Shown here: in pieces, positions 38,153 to 48,000 of the stretch | How positions within the stretch are numbered: the stretch's first letter is position 1 | Layout: each line of letters opens with the position of its first letter | Virus record (IMG/VR): IMGVR_UViG_3300047281_000029 | Location: 1,013-65,012 of that record | Strand: one strand, 5' to 3' | Source of the DNA: a virus | Lineage: Duplodnaviria; Caudoviricetes | Length of the DNA: 64,000 nucleotides | The notes under the pieces: model-generated | What the model saw: only the letters and a program-made list of their open reading frames with translations | Database searches by the model: none | What the model was told of the DNA's origin: nothing | Program-made: the position numbers and the translations under genes

Positions 38153-38656
38153 ATGGCATTATATTATATAGATACACCTAGTTTTTCTACAGCAACAGCT
38201 GTATGGACTGACTCATTACTTACAATTAAAGCTCCTGATGGGTACTACTCTTTTGACTTTAACTTTAGACGTCAATTTAACGGTGTGCTACAAGCTATAT
38301 CTTCTTGTACAGCACCACCACCACCTGATGTTCCAAGTATAGGTGTAACAAGTACTATATGTAATACTGATGGAGGAAGTACTGTTACAAAACGATTCAG
38401 AATATCTGTAGGAAATCCTCCTCTTAATTATACTATTGCTCAGGGGACTGTAACTAACTATGCTGGATTAGTATACTCTATAAATGATACTCCTGGAAAC
38501 TCTTACTTAGAGGTTGTATTTAGACCTTCAGTTACTTATGGTAGTGAATTCTCTATTGAGTTGTTATTAGAGGATTCTACAGGAGCTACAGTAGCTACAA
38601 ATGTTAACCAAACAGTTTACGGTAATTACCAAAGCTTCTTACCTTCTTGTTCATAA
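38153..38656 (+). CDS. Small protein with a fifth copy of the ~105-aa repeat domain
   Basis: ICNTDGGSTVTKRFRI...TVYGNYQSFLPSC after a proline linker. Confidence 0.85.
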   Translation: MALYYIDTPSFSTATAVWTDSLLTIKAPDGYYSFDFNFRRQFNGVLQAISSCTAPPPPDVPSIGVTSTICNTDGGSTVTKRFRISVGNPPLNYTIAQGTVTNYAGLVYSINDTPGNSYLEVVFRPSVTYGSEFSIELLLEDSTGATVATNVNQTVYGNYQSFLPSCS

Positions 38657-38671
38657 AATAAAAAATAATAA

Positions 38672-39418
38672 ATGGCATATACATTATCATTTAGCGAAGA
38701 CTCAAAAGGATGGACGTCATTCTTCTCTTTCATACCAGAGAAGATGATCGGCATGAACTCGTACTTCTACACATTTAAAAACGGTAACTTATATAGACAT
38801 AACTCTAATAATACTAGAAACAATTTCTATGGAGTTCAGTACAATTCTAAATTAACAGGGGTATTTAATGTTGAGAACGGAATGGTAAAGAACTTCAAGA
38901 CAGTGTCATTAAATAGTGACGACTCTTGGAGTTGTAATATTGTTACAGACTTAGATACTGGTTTTATAGACAAGTCGTACTTTACATTAAAGGAAGGAGA
39001 CTACTTTGGTTATGTAAGAAGGTACGCATCAGATGACAACTTATCTATGAGATCTGCTCAGGGTATTGGTAACATATTAAGCGTTAACTCAACAAATCCA
39101 TCTGCAGTTGTTATGACGTTTAGTTTTGGAATTGGAAGTATTATAAATGCAGGTGATACTGTATATAAAAATAATGCAGGTGCCCTTTTAAAGTTAGGAA
39201 CTATTGTTTCTGTATCTACCAACTCTATTACGATAAACACGTCTATAACAGGAGGAAATATTCCTTCGGCATCTGACTATGTATTGTGCCTTAAAGATAG
39301 CACAGCGGAGTCGTATGGAGCTAGAGGATACTACATGCAGTTTGAGTTGGAGAATGATAAGACGTCAAGGGTTGAATTGTTTTCAGTAGGAAGTAGCATT
39401 TTTAAAAGTTACCCATAA
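38672..39418 (+). CDS. Tail protein, probably the split-off C-terminal part of the stabilisation protein
   Basis: TLSFSEDSKGWTSFFSFIPE...KEG.YF...GARGYY...VELFSVGS. Confidence 0.65.
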   Translation: MAYTLSFSEDSKGWTSFFSFIPEKMIGMNSYFYTFKNGNLYRHNSNNTRNNFYGVQYNSKLTGVFNVENGMVKNFKTVSLNSDDSWSCNIVTDLDTGFIDKSYFTLKEGDYFGYVRRYASDDNLSMRSAQGIGNILSVNSTNPSAVVMTFSFGIGSIINAGDTVYKNNAGALLKLGTIVSVSTNSITINTSITGGNIPSASDYVLCLKDSTAESYGARGYYMQFELENDKTSRVELFSVGSSIFKSYP

Positions 39419-39440
39419 TTTCATTATCTTTGTAAAAAAA

Positions 39441-39836
39441 ATGTTTTCCTGTAGAGTAGAGAATAAGCATGACTTTTACGATACATTATGTAAGTGGTGG
39501 ACAGACTGGAAGTTTCCAGTAATGAACATTAATGCACTTCCAAATAACATATTTGTGGTCAGTAATGAAGGTGTAGATTTATATGCTGTTCCGGTTTACT
39601 TAAGTGATTCTGATGTGTGCTGGATGGGTTTTATAACAGGAAATAAAAATAGTACCAAGGCTTTACGTTCTGGATCCTTGGATTACTTAATGAAGTATAC
39701 AGAACAATATTTAAAGCAGTCAGGACGTAGTTTTATTATGACTGTAAGTAAGACTCCTATACTAAAGAAAAGATTCGAAGATAACGGATACTTATTGTCA
39801 GGAGAAAATGTTAACGAATACATAAAAAATATATAG
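39441..39836 (+). CDS. GNAT-like protein preceding the ejection genes
   Basis: Size, position and acetyltransferase-like beta/alpha pattern. Confidence 0.45.
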   Translation: MFSCRVENKHDFYDTLCKWWTDWKFPVMNINALPNNIFVVSNEGVDLYAVPVYLSDSDVCWMGFITGNKNSTKALRSGSLDYLMKYTEQYLKQSGRSFIMTVSKTPILKKRFEDNGYLLSGENVNEYIKNI

Positions 39837-39838
39837 TT

Positions 39839-40594
39839 ATGGGACAAGGAGCAGCGGGAGTTACTCAAGGACTATCAGGTATAGCATCAGCAGCAGGAGG
39901 ACCTATTGGAATGGGTGTAGCTGCAGCAGCTAATATCGGAATGAGTTTAGTTGAAGCTAGTAAGCAAAAGGAATTACAAAGATCAGCTGATAGAGAAGTT
40001 GAAAAGGCAGCAGCAGAACAGGAACGATTATTAAGTCAGAACTTTTTTGAAGGCTTACAAGTTCCTATGCAAGCATACGATAGAGAGTTTAGAGAGACTA
40101 CAGCTCAACAACAACAAGCCATGTCTGCACTTCAAGAGGGTGATCCTAGATTACTTTTAGGTGGTGTTGGAAAGGTTCAGGCTGTAGCGGCTGATCAAGA
40201 AGCCAAGACTAGAGAGGCGTTGAGTCAGGACTTATTTGATATAGGTAAATTACAGGCTCAAGAAGCTGGTCAAACTAATGAACAATTAGCAAAGGTAGAA
40301 GGAGAAAGATTAGCTGGAGCTCAAGAAGCATCAGCTGCCGCTCAAGCTGCAAGACTTCAAAGTCAACAGAAGGCGTTATCAGCTGGTGGTGACTTACTAA
40401 AAGGGCTTGGTGGTTTAATACCTGAATATTCTAAAAGTAAAGGGTCTACTACTGGTCCAATGACTGGTACAGGATCTGCTGTATTTAATAAGTTTTTACC
40501 TAATCAATCATCAAGTTTTTCATTGCCGTCAGCCCCAATGGCTCCTATGGGATTTGGTCAAAACCCGTTTGCTGGTGTAAGCATTCCGGGTTAA
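39839..40594 (+). CDS. Internal virion / ejection protein
   Basis: Ala/Gly/Gln-rich with hydrophobic N-terminus. Confidence 0.6.
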   Translation: MGQGAAGVTQGLSGIASAAGGPIGMGVAAAANIGMSLVEASKQKELQRSADREVEKAAAEQERLLSQNFFEGLQVPMQAYDREFRETTAQQQQAMSALQEGDPRLLLGGVGKVQAVAADQEAKTREALSQDLFDIGKLQAQEAGQTNEQLAKVEGERLAGAQEASAAAQAARLQSQQKALSAGGDLLKGLGGLIPEYSKSKGSTTGPMTGTGSAVFNKFLPNQSSSFSLPSAPMAPMGFGQNPFAGVSIPG

Positions 40595-40612
40595 ATAAAT
40601 TAAAAATAAATT

Positions 40613-42094
40613 ATGGCAGAGTACTTAGGATATGTAAATCCAGCTGAAACTAAAGCTAACCCAACACTGGACTGGTCTACAGTTATTAATGATGTTAGGG
40701 ATACTTTAGCTAGTCAAGAGGCTACTAGAAAGGCTACTAGACAAAAAGCAAAGCAAGAAACTAACGACTTATATAATTCGTTAAATAAAATTTCCTCTGG
40801 TCAAAACCAGGGGTTAAATGGTTTTATAACAAATGCTAGCTACCAATCTAAGAACCTACTTGGAGAGGCGTATAAATTATACACGTCTGGAAAAATAAAA
40901 GGAAAGGAATATACTGAAATACAAAATAATATGAAGGCATCCTTTAATGACATCAATGATGTTGTTAAAACCATGCAGACTGATTATGAAAAGTATATGG
41001 ACTTATTAAGTAAAGGACAGACCTCAATTATAGATGAGTATAATCAAAAGCAAAAGGGAGAGTTCTTAGACTTAAGCAACAAAGAGTTTTATGTTGATCC
41101 ATTAACTGGTAGAGGTTATATTGGTAAGATTGTTGATGGTAAAATAGATCAGTCTAGCTTACAGCCACCAGCTTGGATAAAAAATAACGGATCTACATTT
41201 ATTGGAAAAGTTGATATTCCTAAAGAAATAGCTCCTTATACTAAGGATCTTGGTAAGTTTCAAGAAATTATAAGTAAGCCACCTGCAGGAGGAATATGGA
41301 CTATTGAAGACGCAAGCAAGCGTCCTGGTTTTGGAGATTGGCTAGAAAAAACAGCTACTATCATTGCTTCAAATCCTTACAAGATGACTACTATTTTAGG
41401 TCAGGTAGGTGATTATAATTTAGTAGATGATCCAAAGCAGGCTAGTAAAGATAAAATATTAATGCAAAAGGATTCTTCTACTGGAATGAATACTCCTATG
41501 CTTACTAAAGAACAAGAGGAAGCCGCTAAGAATGTTATTAAAGAAAATATACTTCAACAAGTAAACAGTACGCTTAAGCAAGAAGAAAACACATACAGAG
41601 CCCCTGTTAGAAGTGGAGGTTCTGGAGGATCTGGAACACCTTCAAACACAAGTCCTAAATCTATTCAGCATACAGTAGATGCAAAAGGAAATTTAATAGT
41701 TCCAATGTCAGGTGTTAATGTTAAAACAGGATCAATTACAGAAAATATATCTGACTGGGGTAAAATTGCTGATAATGGAAAATTATTTATAAGCTATAGT
41801 TACCCTGTAACTACAAAGGATGAGGATGGAAATTCTGTAAGAACTACTAAATCTGTACAAGTATACGAAGGTAGTAATGAATTCAACAGAAGATTAGGTC
41901 AGCTTGTAAATCCTTCTACTGGTAAAAAAGTAAAAAGTTTAAATGAGGCTAAACAATATGTTAACTCATTAGGAGGCGGAAATACTTCAAAAAATAACTC
42001 TGAGTATACAAACCTAACAGAAACAAATAAGGGTACTCTTGGTTTGAAAAATGGAAAATGGTACAATATTAAAACAGGTAAAATAGCACAATAA
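40613..42094 (+). CDS. Internal virion / ejection protein
   Basis: Position in the podovirus ejection triad; helical. Confidence 0.55.
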   Translation: MAEYLGYVNPAETKANPTLDWSTVINDVRDTLASQEATRKATRQKAKQETNDLYNSLNKISSGQNQGLNGFITNASYQSKNLLGEAYKLYTSGKIKGKEYTEIQNNMKASFNDINDVVKTMQTDYEKYMDLLSKGQTSIIDEYNQKQKGEFLDLSNKEFYVDPLTGRGYIGKIVDGKIDQSSLQPPAWIKNNGSTFIGKVDIPKEIAPYTKDLGKFQEIISKPPAGGIWTIEDASKRPGFGDWLEKTATIIASNPYKMTTILGQVGDYNLVDDPKQASKDKILMQKDSSTGMNTPMLTKEQEEAAKNVIKENILQQVNSTLKQEENTYRAPVRSGGSGGSGTPSNTSPKSIQHTVDAKGNLIVPMSGVNVKTGSITENISDWGKIADNGKLFISYSYPVTTKDEDGNSVRTTKSVQVYEGSNEFNRRLGQLVNPSTGKKVKSLNEAKQYVNSLGGGNTSKNNSEYTNLTETNKGTLGLKNGKWYNIKTGKIAQ

Positions 42095-45000
42095 TGGAAG
42101 AATTAAATAAAATAACCCCTCCACTACCTAGTGGGTACGAGCCTATTAAAAAACAAAATTCTTCTACACCTCCACTACCTAGTGGATACGAGCCTATATT
42201 AAAAAAAAAAGGATCTACTCAGCTTACTTCTCAAGAAAGTCTGTGGGGGTCAAACTCACAACCGAAAGATGCGTATACTTCATTGGCTATAGATCAACAG
42301 CTACCTCAACAGGGATCGGATGTTTCAAATGGAGAACAACCTAAGCCTATATTAAAAGGACTTCCAAGTGTAGAGTCGTTTAAAAAGAAATCTATACAAC
42401 CTAAAAAAGAAGTAAAAGAAATAATCAAAGATGTTGTTCCTAAAGTTACAAAGGCTATATCTATAGAAAAAGGTAAAGAAGATTTTTCTGAAGCAACTCA
42501 AAAAGCTAGGAAAGAATCTAAGTCCTTAGTAGATAAAAAACAAATAGATCAAAAAATATCTCAAGTAAGTAATCTTCAGAATGAATATGCTAAGTCTTTA
42601 AAAGACATTGAATTAGCAAAAAAAACATTATCTGATGAGAAAGCAGAAATAGATTATCAATTATCTATTGGTAATAATGCTCCGGAATTTAAAGAAAGAG
42701 TTGCTCTTCATAACCAAAAGGTTCAAGAAAACCTAGATAAGTTTAACTTATTAAAGAATAAGTCTGAAGTTATTAATTACAACAAAAAAGTAATAGAGTC
42801 TGCATCTGGGAACTTACTTAGAAGCAAAGCAGAACAAGGTAACTGGTTCGGAGCTATTTATAATAAAATGCTACAGAGCGCTAGCTCTATGGCTTCTGGA
42901 GCTGTATCTAAAGTTACAGATTTAATTGCTGAAGTTGTTCCTTCTGAGTACTTAATAGGACCTAAAGAACTAAAAAAACTACAAGACAAGGGATTAAGTC
43001 AAAATCAAATAGATGACTACATAAAAAAGTCGGCTAAAAAAGACGTGTTGCCAGCTATAAGAAAGGGTAACGTTGAGTTGTTTGGAGATAAAGGAACTAC
43101 AGAAGAGTACATAAAGAAAAAAGAATCTTCAGGATTAATTGAAGGAGGAGTACTAGGTCTTGCTGGTTCTGTACCTGCAATGTTAGGTGGTGTATATGGA
43201 AGAGCTACTAATTTTTTCCTTATGGGATCAGATGCTGTTGAACAAGAAATGGAATCTAATCCTGACTTTCAAAACATAAGCGAAAATGAAAAGCTAGCTG
43301 TTATAGTACCTATAGGTATTGCTAATGCTGTTCTAGAAGAGTTTGGTCTTCAAGGAGTTATGAAGAATAACTCGTTAGTAAATAACTTAGTTCATAAAAC
43401 ATTACTAAAGGTTGGTGCTGATGCAAGCGCTAGTACTTTTAAAAGGGCTATGAATAATGAAATAAAGAGCGGAATTGCAGCTGGTATATTTAAAGTTGGT
43501 TCTGGTTTTACATCTGAAGCTATAACTGGAGGATCTCAGCAGGCTGCTGAAATAGGTATTAAGGATATATATAATGTAGTTAAGGATAAGAAGATGTTTC
43601 AAACACCTGAAACATTATCTGATGCTGTGTCTCAAATATCTGATGCCGCTATAATGGAGGGTATTGGAGGTACTGTTATGTCTACACTTCCAGCTATTAA
43701 TACTGCTATGCAGAATAATGAGTTAGGTAAAAAGTCTACTGATTTTGAATTTGAAATACTAGATAATATAAACGAGAATTCAGAAGAATTTAAAAAGTTA
43801 TTTACTACTGACTTAAAAAATAAAATGATCGAAGGAAAGATTACTAAGGATGAGGCTGAGTCTCAACTTAAGTCCTTCGATAAGATGACTGCTACCTTTA
43901 ATAGAATGCCTAAGGACATGTCTATAGAAGACAAGAAGAAGTCTTTTGATTTATTGGTTGAAAAGGATAAGCTTACTGATGAAATAAACGGAAAGGACGA
44001 GAGCTTATCTACTAAACAAAAGGAAAGAATATCTGAAATAAACAACGAACTATCTAACATATCTTTAGGTGTAAAGCCAAAAGAAGAAGTTAAAACAGAA
44101 GAGGTTGTTACAGAAAATAAACCTAAAGAAACAGCTACAGCACAAGCATACGTTGAGGAGCTTACTAAAACAAAGGAATCAGACCCTGAAACATACTGGT
44201 CTGTAAGTGAAGTGTCTGCTGAAGACGCTGCTAAAGGAACAATTATAGACACTACTGATGGATCTGCTTTGGTTAAACCTGACGGTGATATAGCTGGTTT
44301 ATTTAAAAAACCAACATCTAATGCTAAGGGAGTTGCTCAGGACTTATTAAGCAAGGCAGTTGAGGCTGGAGGTACTAAGTTAGATAACTTTGATGGATAC
44401 CTTACAAAACAATATGAGAAGGCTGGATTTAGAGTAGCTTCTAGAACTCCATTCAATGAGCAATACGCTCCAGAAGGATGGAATAAAGAAAAGCACGGTA
44501 CTCCAGATGTTGTTGCTATGGTTTATGATCCTAACAACCAGATAGACATAGAAGAAAAAACATTTGAAGATTACGATCAAGCTATTGAATATAGAGATGG
44601 ACTTGTTGATCAAGTAAAAACAGAAGTAAGCGATACTCAGCAATTAATTGATGAGAGTGAAAAGTCAAATGATTTACCTTTGTTAGTTGAAAAAGCAAAG
44701 ACTGCTTTGTCTAAAGTACTACCTAATGTTCAAGTTATATTGCACAATACAGATGCAGAATATAAGGCAGCTGTTGGTGAGTCTTTAAGTAGCGGAACAT
44801 ATGTAGATGATGTTATTCATGTTAATCCTTCAAGAGCTAATGGTAGAACTGTAGCTCACGAGGTGTTTCATGCTGTACTTTTAAATAAAGTAAAGACTGA
44901 TCCAGAAGCTCAAAGGATTACAGCTAAAATGATTACTTCTGTAGAAAAATCATTGCCTGACGATATGAAACTTAAGCTACAACAATTTGTAGAAGAAGGT

Positions 45001-48000
45001 TATAATAGTCAAGAAGAATTATGGGATGAAGAAAAATTAGCTGAACTTATTGGTTTCTTGGCTGACGGATATCCTTCTCTTTCTAAACCAACTCAAAATG
45101 TAATTAAACAGTGGATAGATCAGTTAGCTAAGTTGTTTGGTTTAAAAGAATTTACAGATGCTGATGTTGTTGACTTTATGAATACACTATCTGGTAAAGT
45201 TGCTAGTGGAGATGTTTTAACTGAGTCAGATATTAAAATATTACCTGGAGGAGAAAAGATATCTAATCCATTTGATTATTTTAAAAGAAAGCAGGTAGGT
45301 GCGTTTGACGTTCAATATACTGAACAAGAAAAACTAGATCAATTAATAAAGGATAAGTTAGTTACCAAACCTGAAAACTTAGATTTTTTATCTGGAAAAG
45401 AAACTTCTATTACATCTCCTGATGATATGCTTGCTGGTACCATAAGTATAGACGGAAAAGAAATATTTGAAGGTGGTGGTGGTGTTTTCTTTGTTACTAA
45501 GTACGGGGATGTTTGGGCTTCTGGTAATAAAGGAACTGCAAATACATTAGCTAGATCTATAAATAATTCTTATAAGAAGAATGGAGATAAGGGATATTTA
45601 GTTTTAGCTAAGGGTTCAGATTCTAAATTAATAAGCAGTGCTTCAGGAGTTAATTCAAGCTTAGCTGTTTTAGATTCAATGATTGATAAAGGACTTATAA
45701 GCCCTTCTGATTTTAGATCAGCAGTTTCTGAGTCTATCAAAAGGTTTGGAGGTAATATATCTTTAAATGGTAGTGCAAAGCAATTAAAAGAAGATGTTAA
45801 TAATTACTTCTCTGATCCAAAATCTTCTACATTTGAAGTTAGAGGAAGCGTACTTGGAAGTATAATAAACTCATTGGCTAAGTCAAAAAATACAAAGCTA
45901 AATAAGGATAAGATAATTGAATTCCTTGGAGGAGATAAAAATAAAGGATTAGTAGCTTTAACAACTAAAGAAAATAAATCTAAAAACCAATCTTTATCTG
46001 ACCTTATATCTGGAGTTGCTGCTGAGCAATTGACAAAGGGATTAAATGTAGGAGATGTTTACGCAGTTATAGAAGTTGATGGTGAGGTTATGGTTAAAGA
46101 GGATTCTCATCCTAGCTATCCATTCCATATTGTTCCTGTAGGAAAAAATAAACCTGTTCTTCACTTACCTAAGACTAGACAAAATGGTGCTGAATTACTA
46201 ACTACTTCAACAGGTAAGCCTTATAAAGTAGGTCAGGTATCCATAATGTCAGGATCATTTAACGGTCCTGTTAGAAAACAAATTATAGGTGAGAAAGCTA
46301 TTAAGGACAAGTTAGTTCAAGATAACTTAGATGTAGCCAAGAAGATGGAAGCTGAGAATAAATCAGCTAAAGACATATTTGTTGCTACTGGATGGGAAAA
46401 GGGAGCTGATAAGAAGTGGAAGTATGATTTGCAGGAAGGTGTTGTTGAGATTAAATCTAAAAAATCTGGCAAGGCATCTGATGTTTTAAATTACCCTGAA
46501 CTTTTCAAGGCATACCCTAAAGCTAAGGACTTGGATATTGTGTTTATGAATAGCGACAAGTTCGAAGGTATGTACCTTCCTAGTAAGAACAGAATAATGA
46601 TATCATCTGATCTATCTGACGCTGAGTCAACTAGTACTTTACTTCATGAGTTACAACACTTTGTACAGCACCAAGAAGGATTTGCTGTAGGTGGTCAAGC
46701 TAGGTTAATTAGAGATTTATATAACGAAAGAATTAAGTACGAAAAAAACTTTAGTGTTAAGAAGGTACTTAATAATATTAAGAATTCTTTATTTGGATCT
46801 AATAAAAACGAAGCTGACACTAAAAAAGAATTAGATAAGTTAGGTAAGTTAGTTAGTAAGGTTGATGAAGATCTTTATAGATCTATAGCTGGAGAGGTAG
46901 AAGCATTTAATGTAGAGAAGAGATCTACAATGACTGCCGAACAAAGAAGAGCTACTCCTATATCTGAAACCGCTGACGTACCAGTAGAGGAGCAATTAGT
47001 TGTTTCTGATTCTGATACAATGTTAAGAGATAGAAAACAATCCTCTCTTCCTATTGCTAGGCTTAAAAAAGAAGGAAAGACAGATAGACAAATATCAAAA
47101 TTTTTACAGTCTAAAGGTCTTACTGTTGAGAAAGCTACAGAAGCAATCCTTAATTACAATAAGGAAAAAATGAAGATGCTTCAGAAGGAAGAAGGAATAT
47201 TTACTAGAGACGGTAGGAACAAAGTAATTACTGCCTTAGATAGTTTTAAAAGAATGTTCCTATCTGCTAAAGCATTCTTAGGAAAGTCTGCATTTATAGC
47301 TAAAGAAAACATAGAGGCTGGAATTAAAGCTCAGTCTAAGATAGCTTCTTATTTAGTTAACGATCTAGATGTAGCTATTAAGAATTATGATGGAGATAAA
47401 GAGAAAGTAATATCAGACTTTGATAAATTTGTAAGAGGTGAAGAGGTAGAACTTCCTGATAATTTCTTAGAAATAGGAAATGCAATGAGGGATCATATTG
47501 ATAAGCTATCTTATGAACTTATAAACTCTGGAATTGTAGATGAGTATCAGGCTGAAAATATTCGTAAGAATATAGGAACATACTTAACTAGATCTTATGA
47601 GGTATTTGATAAGAAGAACTGGGCAGAGAAGGTAGATCAAGAGGTTCTACAGGCTGCTAAGAATTTCCTAAAAAAGCAATTACTTAGTGAAGCTACTAAA
47701 GAAGCTAAGAGAAATGGTCTAGATGTTAAGTCTGTTTTAGAAAATAAAGTTGATTTAGCTATTAATGATTTAATAGATAGAGAAGGAGCTCAATCATTTA
47801 TATCTTCTGGTAAAACAGGATCTAAGGATGTATCTATACTAAAACAGAAGACAGATATTCCTTTTGAAATTAGAGCTTTGATGGGTGAGTACACTGATCC
47901 TGCTCAGAATTATTCTAGAACAATATTTAAGATAGCTTCATTAATAAATAACGCTAAGTTTTTAAATACTGTAAGGGATAATGGTATAGGAGTTTATTTG

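Noticed and set aside
35002-38650. Diversity-generating retroelement template/variable repeat pair
   Set aside because: Repeat differences are mostly synonymous and not adenine-specific, and no reverse transcriptase is present in the window.
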